DNA of 64,000 nt from Malacoraja senta. Lineage: Eukaryota. Each line of letters begins with the position of its first letter. Positions within the stretch are counted from its first letter, which is position 1. A model generated the notes under the pieces. It was not told the DNA's origin, searched no databases, and was given only the letters and a program-made list of their open reading frames with translations. Shown piece by piece: positions 51,038 to 64,000 of this stretch. The position numbers and the translations under genes are program-made. Where the stretch lies: the NCBI GenBank assembly GCA_038087875.1, contig CM075993.1:6388001-6452000 (forward strand), written 5' to 3'.

Positions 51038-52949
51038 CTTCATACTTACCCTTATTACATCTCGTAAATTACCCCACAAGAGAGCAGAGCATTTACCTCA
51101 AGGGTCTGGTGGTGTCTTTACATTTCTGCAGTAGGACCCAGATCCACTGACGTGAGTTTGAACCCACCAAGGTAGCTGGGGAATTTAAATACAAGTAACC
51201 AAGCTGGAATTTTTAAAACTGTTTGACTCAGTAACAGCAAGTATAAATCTAGAGACTTCTGGATTTTATTAAGAACCCATTTAGGACCTGCCTTCCTTAC
51301 TTGGTCTGAAGATAGACACAAAAAGCTGGAGTAACTCAGCGGGACAGGCAGCATCTCTGGAGAGAAGAAATGGGTGATGCTTCGGGTCGAGACCCAAAAC
51401 GTCACCCATTCCTTCTCTCTGGAGATGCCGCCTGTCCCGCTGAGTTACTCCAGCATTCTGTGTCTACCCTCGATTTAAATCAGCATCTGCAGTTCCTTCC
51501 TGCCCAATTTGACCACTACCCCATGCCTCTCTCTGCACAATGCACTGCAAGCTTCACTGAGAGATTGCTTTGTGGTACTTTGGTTTCCTGTGTTGTTGAG
51601 AGAAACAGGAGCTTCGGTCCACCGAGCCCACCCGGACCACCAATCACCCGTAAACAGCAACAGACAGAAGCCAATTAACCCACAAACACGCACGCCTTTG
51701 GGATGTGCGTGTCAGGGATATCTTGGTCGGCATTGGCAGGCTGGGCTGAAGGGCCTGTTTCCATGCTGTATAGCTCTATCATGTCATGGGTTTTCTCCGG
51801 GTGCTCCAGTTCATAGGTTCTAGGAGCAGAATTAGGCCATTCGGCCCATCAAGTCTACCACCATTCAATCATGGCTGATCTATCTCTCCCTCCTAACCCC
51901 ATTCTCCTGCCTTCTCCCCGTAACCCCTGACACCCGCATTTCAAAGACCCGCCACCAGCCGTGTGAAAAAGTTGTCCCTCCGATTCCTGTTCGTGCAAAC
52001 TGCACACAGGCAGCACCCGAGGTCAGGATCGAACCCGGGTCTCTGGCTCTGTGAGGCAGCGGCTCTACCCACTGTGCCACCGTGCCGCCAGGTGGGCTGA
52101 TGAGGAGTGGAGGCTCAAGTAGTTCTCTGGCGCTGCTGTTCAGTAAAGGAACATCATGAGATCATAAGATCATAAGTGATAGGAGTAGAATTAGGCCATT
52201 CAGCCCATCAAGTCTACTCCGCCATTCAATCATGGCTGATCTATCTCTCCCTCCCAACCCCATTCTCCTGCCTTCTCCCCATAACCCCTGACACCCGTAC
52301 TAATCAAAGTACCCGTACCCAAACATAAAGTCACATATGGCAAAGCAAGACGACTTACATCTCATCCCAGTCGTTATAAATACACGCACACTCATAGAGT
52401 CCACAGTAAGGTGGCCCTGTCAACTTTATGCTCATGTTCTAGATGCAGAATTAGGCCATTCGGCCCATCACGTCTACTCCGTCATGGCTGATCTATCTCT
52501 CCCTCCTGTCCCCATTCTCCTGCCTTCTCCCCATAACCTCTGACACCCGTACTAATCAAGAATCTGTCAATCTCCACCTTAAAAACACCCAGTGATTTGG
52601 CCTCCACTGCCATCCGTGGCGCTGAACTCCACAGATTCACCACCCTCCGGCTAAAGAAATTCCTCCTCATCTCCTTTCTCCTTTGCCAAAATTAGCATTG
52701 GTGACTTGGTTTGCTTTATAAAGCTGCTGAGTTCAAATACTTAGTTTAATCAGTGTAGACTGCAGAGTGTGTTAATGCCTGTATATTATGGACTTGTATC
52801 CTCAGATAGGTCACATCTGTAGACATTTAATCTGATCCATTTGTTGTGGGGACACTTATCCATGTGGCACTGCTAGTGCGGAGCACCAGGCTAAATCCTC
52901 CTTTCCTTTTATTTGTTCACCTGGTGAAACCACCTTCCTCGTGTAGGGT

Positions 52950-53473
52950 GGACATTTGAGGAATGACATTCTTGCTATTGAAGGAGTGCAGCGTAGGTTC
53001 ACCAGGTTAATTCCCGGGATGGCGGGAATGACATGATGAAAGAATGGGTCGATTGGGCTTGTATTCACTGGAATTTCAAAGGATGAGAGGGGATCTTATA
53101 GAAACATATACAATTCTTAAGGGATTGGAGAGGTTAGATGCAGGAAAAATGTTCCCCATGTTGGGGGGGAGTCCAGAACCAGGGGTCACAGTTTAAGAAT
53201 AAAGGGTAGGTCATTTAGGACTGAGATGAAGAAAAACTTTTTCACCCAGAAAGTTGTGAATCTGTGGAATTCTCTGCCACAGAAGGCAGTGGAGGGCGAT
53301 TCACTGGATGTTTTCAAGAGAGTTAGATCTTAGGGCTAAAAGAATCAAGGGATATGAGGAGAAAGCAGGAACGAGGTACTGATTTCGGATGATCAGCCAT
53401 GATCATATTGAATGGCGGTGCTGGATCGAAGGGCCGAATGGCCTACTCCTGCACCTATTTTCTATGTTTCTAT
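52950..53473 (+). mobile_element. CR1 LINE 3' fragment
   Basis: DILAIEGVQRRFTRLIPG...; (TTTCTATG)n tail. Confidence 0.88.
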
Positions 53474-53809
53474 GAGTACTGAGCGTGGGGGTGAGTGAGG
53501 GGAGGAGAGGAGGATAGGGAGGGAAGGGTGAGGTGGGGGTTGGGGAAGGGGAACCTGAGGGAACAAGATGAAGGGACGGTGACTGGAAAAGGCTGCAGGC
53601 AAGGCGTGTCTGTGTCTCTGTGTCTGCATGTGTGTGTGTCAAGAGAGTCTAGAGTGTTTTATTGTCACATGTCCCAGATAAAACAATGAGATTCTTACTT
53701 GTAGCAGCACAACAGAATATGTAAACATAGTACACGAAACAATATCATAAACGAGAAAAAAAGTTTGGTGTCCATGTGTGCACGTTTGAGTGTGTGTGCA
53801 AGTTGATGG

Positions 53810-55230
53810 ACAAGTCAAGTCAAGTCACTTTTATTTCTATAGCACATTTTAAAAAACAACTCTCGTTGACCAAAGTGCTTTACATTGGTGGAGGTACTAA
53901 CGTTATACAACAGTGGTTCATAGATTAAGTACATACATAAATACATACATATAGCCCTCCCTCAGAGGACGTCAAGAAAGGCTTGAGAGTAAAGATGAGT
54001 TTTAAGTCTCGACTTAAAAGAGTCGATGGAGGGGGCAGTTCTGATGGGAGGAGGGATGCTGTTCCACAGTCTAGGAAGCTGCAACCGCAAAGGCGCGGTC
54101 GCCCCTGAGCTTATGCCTAGACAGCGGGATGGTCAGTAACCCCAAGTTGGCCGATCTGAGGGACCTGGAGGTGATGTGGTGGGTAAGCAGACTCTTGATG
54201 TAGGTGGGGGCAAGCCCGTTAAGGGCTTTGTAAACATAAAGAAGGATCTTGAAGTTTATTCGGAACCCCACAGGGAGCCAGTGGAGAGAGGCCAGGATCG
54301 GGCTGATGTGGTCCCTTTTTCGGGTGCCCATCAGGAGTCTCGCTGCGGCGTTTTGGACCAGTTGCAGGCGGGACAGGGAAGATTGGCTGATGCCAGTGTA
54401 GAGGGAGTTGCAGTAATCTAGGCGGGAGGAGATAAATGTGCGGATGATCTTTTCGAGGTCATCAAACTGGAGGAATTGTTTTATTTTAGCTATCGTCCGA
54501 AGCTGGAAGAAGCTAGCTTTTACCACGGAATTGACTTGTTTGTCAAATTTCAACGCTGAGTTAAATATCACGGCAAGGTTTTTGACGTGGGGTTTGAGTA
54601 GTGGGGTAAGGCTTCCAAGGCTGCCTGCTATCGTTTTGATTGAGCCCGAGAGGCCGAGAAGAATGACCTCAGACTTACTCTCGTTTAGTTGGAGGAAGTT
54701 CTGGGCCATCCAACACTTTATATCCTCGAGGCAGCGGATAAGGTTAAGTAGATTTGATCGGTTGTTGGGCTTCAGGGGGAGATAGAGTTGTGTATCGTCT
54801 GCGTAGCAATGGAAGGAAATGCCGTGCCTTTGAATGACTTGGGCTAAGGGGAGCATATACAGGGAGAAGAGAATGGGGCCAAGGATGGAACCTTGTGGAA
54901 CCCCACAGCAGAGGCTAGCTGGGGAGGAGAAAGAGTTGCCTATGTTAGTCGAGAAACTCCTACATTTGAGGTAGGAGATGAACCAGCTCAGGGCAGTGCC
55001 ACCAATACCAACCCCGTACCGGAGACGGTCAATTAGGATGGTGTGGTCGACAGTATCAAATGCTGCGCTGAGGTCAAGAAGGAGCAGGATTGCACAGTCA
55101 CCGGAGTCAATGGTGAGAAGTAGGTCATTATGTACCTTCAACAAGGCAGACTCTGTGCTGTGGTGAGCCCTGAAACCTGATTGGAAAATTTCCAAGATAG
55201 TATTTTGGTGAAGGTAAGGCATAAGTTGAC
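53810..55230 (-). mobile_element. L2-clade LINE, 5'-truncated, RT domain open
   Basis: ORF 54071..55480: FQSGFRAHHSTE, LLDLSAAFDTVDH, GVPQGSILGP, HCYADDTQLY, LASLHWLP; (TTGAC)n tail. Confidence 0.95.
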
Positions 55231-55234
55231 TTAT

Positions 55235-55246
55235 GAGTGTGTGTGT

Positions 55247-55332
<86 letters not shown>

Positions 55333-55660
55333 ATGCGTGTGTGACTGTGGGCATGTGTCTGTGCATATATGTGCATGTAAATGTGTGTGTGTGTGCGTGT
55401 GTATGTGTGCATATATATGTGTGTTTGCATATGTGTGTGCATGTATGAGTGTGTGTGCAAGTGGAAGTGCATGTGCGCATATGAGTATGTGTTCATATGT
55501 GTGCCTGTGTGAGTACACTGTGTAAGGGGGTGTTAGTATGCACACATGTTTTTGTGTGCACGAGGGTGTGTGTGTGTTTGCATGTGTGTGTATTTGTGTG
55601 TGCGTGTGGACACATGCGCGTGTGTGTGTATATGCATGTGTGTTTGTGTGTTTATATGCA
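55235..55660. repeat. (TG)n microsatellite and degenerate tract
   Basis: Directly visible. Confidence 0.95.
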
Positions 55661-55843
55661 GGCTGGACTAGGCCCTGGCTCTCTTGCACCTTCCTACACT
55701 AACATGCAACAACAAAGCAAGTCAGTGTCCATCTGAATGGAAGGCCCAGGGTGACACAGATCACTGAGTGACAACTCATCCACACCTGGGCTCCCTGGAG
55801 ATCATCCTAAAGCAGAACATGATGTCTCAAACGTTATATTTAT

Positions 55844-56551
55844 CAAGTCAAGTCATCACATGTATTTATAGAGCACATTTAAAAAACAACTCTCGTTGGC
55901 CAAAGTGCTTTACATTTGTTATAAGAATAGCACAAACAAAACAAACTACATACATATATACATGTAGCCCTCATTCAGAGGACGTCAGGAAAGGCTTGGG
56001 AGTATAGATAAGTCTTTAGTCTTGACTTAAAAGAGTCGATGGAGGGGGCAGTTCTGATGGGAAGGGGGATGCTGTTCCACAGTCTAGGAGCTGCAACCGC
56101 AAAGGCGCGGTCGCCCCTGAGCTTATGCCTAGACCGTGGGATATTCAGCAACCCCAAGTCGGCCGATCTGAGGGGCCTGGAGGTGGAGTGGTGGGTGAGA
56201 AGACTTTTTATGTAGGTGGGGGCAAGCCCATTGAGGGCTTTGTAGACATAGAGGAGGATCTTGAAGTTTATACGGAACCGCACAGGGAGCCAGTGGAGAG
56301 GCCAGGATCGGGGTGATGTGGTCCCTTTTTCGGGTGCCCGTCAGTCTCGGTGTTTTGGACCAGTTGCAGGCGGGGCAGGGAAGATTGGCTGATGCCAGCG
56401 TAAAGGGAGTTGCAGTAATCTAGGCGGGAGGAGGTGAATGTGTGGATGATCTTTTCGAGGTCATCAAACTGGAGGAATTGTTTTATTTTAGCTATCGTCC
56501 GAAGCTGAAAGAAGCTAGCTTTTACCACGGCATTGACTTGTTTGTCAAATT
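55844..56551 (-). mobile_element. L2-clade LINE 3' fragment, same family as 53810-55230
   Basis: ORFs 55975..56283 and 56268..56597. Confidence 0.92.
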
Positions 56552-56634
56552 TATGGTTCTTATTCAAGTCAGACTCAACAATTGGCAATCTGCTCAATGA
56601 CCTTTTGATTTAGTGAAAGTAGCAGCTGTGTTCT

Positions 56635-57485
56635 GAATTGAATTGAATTGAATTAGACTTTATTAATCCCCTTATTCAGGGGAAATTCAGATGTCCTTGC
56701 AGCACACTAATAAAATACAACATAGTATTAAAAAGAAGTTCAACACCAAAACATCCCCCCACTGTGGTCCCCACTGTGGGGGAAGGCACAAAGTCCAGTC
56801 CCCATCCTCTTGTCCACCCAGAGTCGGGCCCACTGAGGCCTCCACAGTCGCCGCCACGGCGCCCGATGTTCTCGCCGGGTGATGGTGCTCCGGCGTCGGG
56901 AGAACCCCCAGCGGCTTGGGGTACCAGGAACGACCACCTTCCCACCGAAGACCGCGGCTTCCAAGCCAACAGACCGCGCCGGACGGAGCTCCACACACTG
57001 GCGATCTCAGCAAGAGATCCCAGGCTCCGGGATGTAACGTTCAGCGTCGCAGCTGGGCCGCTCCACAGAACCGCTGCTCCACGATATTCTCATCGGCGGT
57101 CCCAGCACACTGGAGTTCCGGCGCGGCGACCCAGGAAAGGCATCGCCCGCTCCACGACAGCGCTCCAGCGCTGCACCGCCGCCAAAGCCGCTGTTCTGCG
57201 CCGCCGCCAAAGCCGATGTTCTGGCCAGGTCCCCTCAGGGAAACGTCGCTCCAGGACCCGCTGGTAGGCCGCAAGGACAGGTCGAAGGCGCTGCTCGGAG
57301 GAAGGCAACCCCTCCGACCAGGTAGGGACTTGAAAAGCAGTTTCCCCCTTCCCCCCCACCACCCCCCACACATAAAAAGATTAGGCCCCCTGACTACACA
57401 CTCAACGTACTAAAAATAATAAAAAAAGAAGGGAAAAAAACGGACAGCTGCAGGACAGGCAGCCGTTCTGGACAGCGCCTCCTCC
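56635..57485 (-). mobile_element. GC-rich non-autonomous retroelement, copy C
   Basis: Same order of modules as 1517-2380; hairpin TTCCCC...GGGGAT, AATAAA and (TTCAA)n tail. Confidence 0.6.
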
Positions 57486-57486
57486 T

Positions 57487-58460
57487 GGGAGCATCAAATG
57501 CAGTAGATGAGGTTTGGGGCTGCACTCTGAATAGGAAAGTGAATGATTACAAGGGTGGCTTGCAGTACACTATGTATAGAAGGTATCACATTAATCATAT
57601 TAAACACTTTGTGAGCAGAGTGTTTATGTTAATCATGTTAACACTATGTTAACACTATGTTAACACTATGTTAACACTATGTTAATCATATTAAACACTT
57701 TGTGAGCAGAGCTGGAAGAGACTAGTTACTGCGGGGAGGTTACATGGAAACTGTTTTTCCAACACTGTTTTTTTACTGTTTGCCAATTTCCACGGTAACT
57801 CTAAAGTGGCTCACTGTTACCCAATAGAAATCACATTATAACGTTAACATTATGTGCGGTACGGTGGCGTAGCGGTAGAGTTGCTGCCTTACTGCGCCAG
57901 GGTCCCAGGTTCGATCCTGACTATGGGTGCTTGTCTGTACAGAGTCTGTACGTTCTCCCCGTTTTTATACGCGTGGGTTTTCTCCGAGATCTTCCTTGCG
58001 CCTCTTTTGAAATTGTCAATAGCGAGCATGCACAAAGTTTCTTAGTTCAGCTTAGTTCCGCGATACAGCGTGGAAACAGGCCCGGGTCCGCGCCGACCAG
58101 CGATCACCCCATACACCAGCACACACTAGGGACAATGTACAATTTTTACCGAAGCCAATTAACCTACAAACCTGCACGTCTTTGGACTGTGGGAGGAAAC
58201 TGGAGCATCCGGAGTACGTTCTCCCCGTGACCACATAGTTACAATCTCCGTGCACACAACGATAGTCAGCATCAACGGTGACTCAAACTTGAATCCCTCA
58301 GCTCTCTCTGGTTATGCTTTTCATGCGGCTGCTCACAAAATGTTTAATATGATTAATGTGATACTTTCTATACATAGTGTACTGCAAGCCACCCATGTAA
58401 TCATTCACTTTCCTATCCATGGTGCAGCCCCAAACCTCATCTACTGCATTTGATGCTCCC
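57487..58460. repeat. Inverted repeat with ~130-bp arms (57487-57618 and 58329-58460)
   Basis: GGGAGCATCAAATGCAGTAGATGAGG...GTGAGCAG is the reverse complement of CTGCTCAC...CCTCATCTACTGCATTTGATGCTCCC with few mismatches. Confidence 0.9.
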
Positions 58461-58532
58461 GATGTGTCCTCCTTTCACATTGGCGAGACCAGGCGTAGAC
58501 TTGGCGAACATTTCGCCGAACATTCGCGCTCG
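58433..58532 (+). mobile_element. Penelope-like GIY-YIG endonuclease fragment
   Basis: NLIYCI*CSRC then HIGETRRRLGEHFAEH across a frameshift. Confidence 0.75.
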
Positions 58533-58876
58533 GCCCTCCCCGTGACCACGTGGGTTTTCTCCGGGTGCTCCGGTTTCCTCCCACACTCCAAAGACGTGCA
58601 GGTGTGCGGGTTAATTGTAAATTGTCCCCCACGCGGTCACGGGGAGAAGGTGCAAACTCCACACATAGACAGCACCCGAGGCAAGGATCGAACAGCGGAC
58701 TCTGGCGCCGTGAGACAGCAGCTCTACCAGTTGCGCCACCATACCTTTCTTTACATTCCTTGCGGCCTCAGATCAGTATATACGCTGACAAAACACCAAC
58801 ACATCTCAGGTTTCTTCTTTCAACGATACATCCATGGAATATCAGGGAGGTTGTTAGGCAGCATCCCGCCTCTTTG

Positions 58877-59195
58877 GGGCAGCACAGTGGCGCAGCGGTA
58901 GAGTCGCTGCCTCACAGCGCCAGAGACCCGGGTTCGATCCCGACTACGGGTGCTGTCTGTACGGAGTTTTACGTTCTCCCCGTGACCTGCGTGGGTTTTC
59001 TCTGAGAACTGCAGTTAACCCCCACACTCCAAAGACGTACAGGTGTGTAGGTTAATTGGCTTGGTGTGTGTGTGTAAATTGTCCCTAGTGTGTGTGGGGT
59101 AGTGTTAATGTGCAGGAATCGCTGATCAGTGCGGACTTGGTGGGCTGAAGGGCCTGTTCCCACGCTGATCTCTAAACTAAACTAAAACTAAACTA
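58877..59195 (+). mobile_element. HE1-type SINE, full length
   Basis: A box TGGCGCAGCGG, B box GGTTCGATCC, core and tail. Further copies not listed separately occur near 18140, 27430, 28215, 29860, 30571, 32100, 39022 and 60525. Confidence 0.9.
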
Positions 59196-61619
59196 AGAAG
59201 AAATGTCCACATATCTCACTTTCAAATGACTGGCCCCTTCATCTTGTAACTCTGTCCCCTCGTTCATGACTCAAGTCACAAGTGAACACTTCTCAATATC
59301 TATCATTTCAATTCTTCATTGTGCTAAAATTCATAAAAATGCATTACTCGTTTGAATAAGGTCATCCCCTCATTCTTCTTAACTCTGTGGACTACCGATC
59401 CAAACCGTCTCGCCTTTCTTAAAAGGATTGTTCAGTCCAACCATTCTTTACAAAGCGGCCTCGGATGAGAATTGACCTTCCCTCTCAAGTTCCACTCAGT
59501 AACAAAAGGGAAAGTTTAGTTCCCAAACTGGAGAGGAATGACATCAACACTGCCTTTATCTGGGCAAGTACATCTCCAACAACATGTCCTCCACAGATGC
59601 TGCCAGAAACCGCAGAGAGTTGTGGATGTAGCCCAGTCCGTCACACCAACCAGACTCCCCACCCCCCTTACCCCTCCCAATAGCACCATCTACACCGCAC
59701 GTTGCCTCGAGAAAACGGCCAACATAATCATTGAGTCACAGGGTGATGCATGTGTGGAATTCATTGCCACAGAAGGGTGTGGAGGCCAAGCCAATTGATA
59801 TTTTTAAAGCAGAGATAGATAAATTCTTGATTAGTACGGGTGTCATGGGGTTATGTGGAGAAGGCAGGAGAATGGGGTTGAGGAAGAGAGTTAGATCAGC
59901 CATGATTGAATGGCGGAGTAGACTTGATGGGCCGAATGGCCTAATTCAGGTCAAGTCAAGAGAGTTTATTGTCATGTGTCCAAGATAGGACAATGAAATT
60001 CTTGCATTGCTGCAGCACAAGAGAATATTGTAGACATAAATACAGATCAGATCAGTGTGTCCATATATCATAGAATATATATATATACACATCAGTAAAC
60101 AGGTACAGTGCAATAGGCTGTTATAGTTCAGAGTTTGTTTGAAGCTGTGTTTAATAGGCTGAAAGACGCTACGACTCTTTGGGCGACTGAGGAGACTACT
60201 CACGACCATACAGGCGACACCCTGGTGACCCGTCGTGGGGTGAAGCCCGTATGGTCGTGAGTAGTCGCCCACTTTCAACATGTTTAGAATTTTCAGCGAC
60301 CTGCAACGACCTATGACGGGTGCCGGCAGTTGCCGAAAAAGTCACGTAAGTGGGACTGGCCCTTTACTGTCTCTGGAGAATATTGGGAAAACATTTGGGG
60401 GAAGGGGGATTTTGTAGATTTCTAAATTGGTGGATTTTCTCACTTCATTTCAGTACTGAAAATAATATTGCGTATTTTGAAACCCATTGAGAAATTGCTC
60501 GTGGTATTAGCGTGGCAAACTGGTTTTGTTTAGTTTAGTCTGGAGATACAGCATGGAAACAGGCCCTTCGGCCCACCGGGTCGGCGCTGACCAGTGATCC
60601 CCGCACATTAACACTATCCGACACCACTAGGGTCAATTTTTACATTTACACCAAGCCAATTAACCTACAAACCTGCACGTCTTTGGAGTGTGGGAGGGAA
60701 CCGGAGCACCCGGAGAAAACCTACGCGGGTCACACAGAGAGAATGAGCAAACTCCGTACAGACAGCACCCATAGTCAGGATCGAACACGGGACTATGGCG
60801 CTGTGGGGCAGCAGCTCTACCAGCTGTACCACTGTGCCACCTCATTATAAGACTACTGAACGGTGTCCTGAAAAGCCAAGGGCATATTCCCAATCTTCCA
60901 ACCTACGTCAATGTGGCCTTGTGATTTTTTTAAACCTGTAAAAAATCACAAGGTTTCCCTGCAGCTGTAACAATGTAACATTACATTCTCTGTAGGAAGG
61001 AACTGCAGATGCTGGTTTAAACCGAAGACAGACACAAAAAGCTGGAGTAACTCAGCGGGGCAGGCAGCATCTCTGGAGAGAAGGAATGGGTGACGTTTCG
61101 GGTCGAGACTTACTGGGCCTTGTATCATAAGGTCATAAGTGATAGGAGTAGAATTAGGCTATTCGGCTCGTCAAGTCTACTCCGTCATTCAATCATGGCG
61201 GATCTATCTCTCCTTCCTAATCCCATTCTCCTGCCGCCTCCCCATAACCTCTGACACCTGTGCTAATCAAGAACCTATCTATCTCTACCTTAAAAATATC
61301 AACTGACTTGGTCTCCACAGCCTTCTTTGACAAAGAATTCCACAGAATCACCAAGACATTTCTCCTCATCTCCTTTCTAAACGAACGACCTTTAATTCTG
61401 AGGCTATGATGTATCATGTACCAACAACAGGTCCCATTCACATTCTTTTCACCAGGCTGCCCTCTGGTCATTCCTATGTTGCACCTCATGCTTGTATTTG
61501 TGTGTGGCTTTATTGTATTCATGCATGATATAATCTGGCCGGATAGCACACATAACAAAGATGCATGTTGATAGAAGTGACAATGATAAACCAATATCAT
61601 TGCTCTGTATTTGTGGAAA

Positions 61620-62563
61620 GGTGTCAGCCTCAATAACAATCAGCACGGGAGCACCTCAAGGCTGCGTGCTCAACACCCTGCTGTACTCACTCTATACTCA
61701 TGACTGCGTAGCCAGACATAGTGCGAACTCCATCATCAAGTTCGCTGACGACACCACTGTTGTGGGACGTATCACTGATGGGGACGAGTCAGAGTATAGA
61801 AGTGAGATTGACCGATTGACCAAATGGTGCCAGCACAATAACCTGGCTCTCAACACCAGCGAAACCAAGGAACTGATTGTGGACATCAGAAGGGATAGAA
61901 TGGGGTCTCACAGTCCCGTTTATATCAACGGGTCGATGGTGGAAAGGGTCAAGAACTTCAAATTCCAGGGCGTGCATATTTCCGAAGATCTCTGAGAAGA
62001 TTACGGAGAGTGGGTATGTCAAGGAGGACTCTCTCTAACTTCTACAGGTGCACAGTAGAGAGCATGCTGACCGGTTGCATCGTGGCTTGGTTCGGCAACT
62101 TGAGCGCCCAGGAGTGGAAAAGACTGTAAAAAGTTGTCAACACTGCCCAGTCCATCATCGGCTCTGACCTCCCTACCATCGAGGGGATCTATCACAGTCG
62201 CTGCCTCAAAAAGGCTGGCAGCATCATCAAGGACCCACACCATCCTGGCCACACACTCATCTCCCCGCTGCCATCAGGTAGAAGGTACAGGAGCCTGAAA
62301 TCTGCAACATCCAGGTTCAGGAACAGCTGCTTCCCCACAGCCATCAGGCTATTAAACACAACTTCAAACAAAGTATGAACTATAACAGCCTAGTGCACTT
62401 TATCTGTTTATTGATGTGTGTTTATATATATATATTCTATGGTATATGGACACACTGATCTGATCTGTATTTATGACTACAATATCCTGTTGTGCTGCAG
62501 CAAAGCAAGAATTTCATTGTCCTATCTGGGACACATGACAATAAACTCTCTTGACTCTTGACT
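61620..62563 (+). mobile_element. Rex1/Babar LINE, 5'-truncated with an internal deletion near 61993
   Basis: TGAPQGCVL, KFADDTTVVG, WCQHNNLALN; AATAAA then (TCTTGAC)n tail. Confidence 0.92.
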
Positions 62564-62725
62564 CTAATCAAAGTAGATTGTCCTCGAAACCATTCACACC
62601 ATCTGATAATGTGATCTTGGAGCGGACGGTGGGACTAACAGATTTGTGCCGTACGCCTCGTTTTGGGAATATTTTGAACCTATCCATCCTTTTGTGATGA
62701 TTGTCTGAATGAATGTCGACCACGT

Positions 62726-63046
62726 TTAGTTTAGTTTAGTTTAGTTTAGTTTAGATACAGCGAGGAAACAGGCCCTTCGGCCCTCCCCGCGCTGACTAGC
62801 GATCCCCGCACATTAACACTACCCTACGCACACACTAGGGACAATTTTACATTTACACCAAACCAATTAACCAACAACCCTGTACGTCTTTGGAGTGTGG
62901 GAGGAAACCGAAGATCTCGGAGAAAACCCACGCAGGTCGCGGGGAGAACGTACAAACTCCGTACAGGCAGCACCCACAGTCAGGATCGAACCCGAGTCCA
63001 CGGTCCTGTGAGGCAGCAACTCTACTGCTACTCCACCGTGCGGCCA
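62726..63046 (-). mobile_element. HE1-type SINE
   Basis: Reverse complement of the SINE consensus. Confidence 0.88.
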
Positions 63047-63591
63047 CCTTGATGAATCTTGTAGATATTAGATGGGTATCCTCAGACAAACCAAAATACT
63101 GTGCAGTAAACCCTTCTTACAGGGGGCCATGGTGGAGGGCGGGGCGGGGGAATGTTGAGAAACTTGTCTCAATGTTTCTTAAATGTTGGGGAAAGTCCCT
63201 GCCTCAACGACCTCCTCCAGCAGCTCTTTTCCATACACCCACCACCCTGTGTGTGTGAAAAAGTCACCCCTTGGTAACCATTTCCACTTTGGCACCGTTG
63301 ATGCTGATTGAGGCATGAACTCCACCTCTCTTCCTGAGTGAATAACTAGCTCCTGTGTCTTGCCGACATTGAGGGAGAGTTTGTTGCCCTGACACGATGT
63401 CACTAAGTTCCCTAGCTCCTTCCTCCACCCCGTCTAGTCACGCAGGACAATAAAGGACCATTGAAGTGTAGAACCATTGAACCATTGATGGGCTGTGTGG
63501 GGGGGGAGAGCACGAAACAGAAGGGGAAGTCTGCGTTGATGAATAACACCAGCCTCAAGTCGAGTTCACCGACGCCACGATCAGGAACGGA

Positions 63592-63915
63592 GTTTAGTTT
63601 AGAGATCCAGCGCGGAAACAGGCCCTTCGGCCCACCGGGTCCGCACCGACCGGCGATCCCCACCGACCAGCGATCCCCGCACATTAACACTATCCCACAC
63701 CCACTAGGGATAATTTTTACATTTACCAAGCCAATTCACCTACAAACCTTGTACGTCTTTGGAGTGTGGGAGGAAACCGAAGATCTCGAAGAAAACCCAC
63801 GCAGGACGTGGGCTGAACATGCAAACTCCGTACAGACAGCACCCGTAGTCGGGATTGAACCTAGGTCTCCGGCGCTGCATTCGCTGTCAGGCAGCAACTC
63901 TACCGCTGCGCTGCG
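63592..63915 (-). mobile_element. HE1-type SINE
   Basis: Reverse complement of the SINE consensus. Confidence 0.85.
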
Positions 63916-64000
63916 GTGAGCGCCCAGTTTAAGGGCCCCACACCTCCCCAGCTGCCGATATCTGCCCGGCAACAGGGCAATGAGCCACGGAGGCGATAAG

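Noticed and set aside
58877..58950. tRNA-like sequences at SINE heads
   Set aside because: Always continue into the V-SINE core and CR1-like tail, so they are not tRNA genes

Overview
Repeat-dominated vertebrate genomic DNA, most likely from a cartilaginous fish (skate/ray or shark), judged by abundant HE1-type tRNA-derived V-SINEs that share their 3' tail with CR1/HER1 LINEs. No host protein-coding gene can be called with confidence; the long ORFs are transposon fragments or microsatellite artefacts. The window holds CR1, L2, Rex1/Babar, L1, a deleted HERO-like element, Penelope-like pieces, a truncated DIRS1 tyrosine-recombinase retrotransposon, Tc1, a PIF/Harbinger element and its MITEs, a hAT MITE, a Tigger-like MITE and non-autonomous Helitrons. 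The most notable structures are: (i) many Penelope terminal-repeat pieces carrying a minimal hammerhead-ribozyme motif, often inserted as short fold-back units; (ii) a ~4 kb duplication (3920-7956 / 10786-15464) carrying a TATA promoter and first-exon-like module, with a DIRS fragment and a templated-repeat scar between the copies; (iii) a four-level nested transposon cluster at 19.4-21.9 kb; (iv) a shared-architecture family of GC-rich non-coding retroelements; and (v) a 740-bp G-rich hexamer array. Family assignments come from recognising motifs by eye, with no database search, and some boundaries are approximate.
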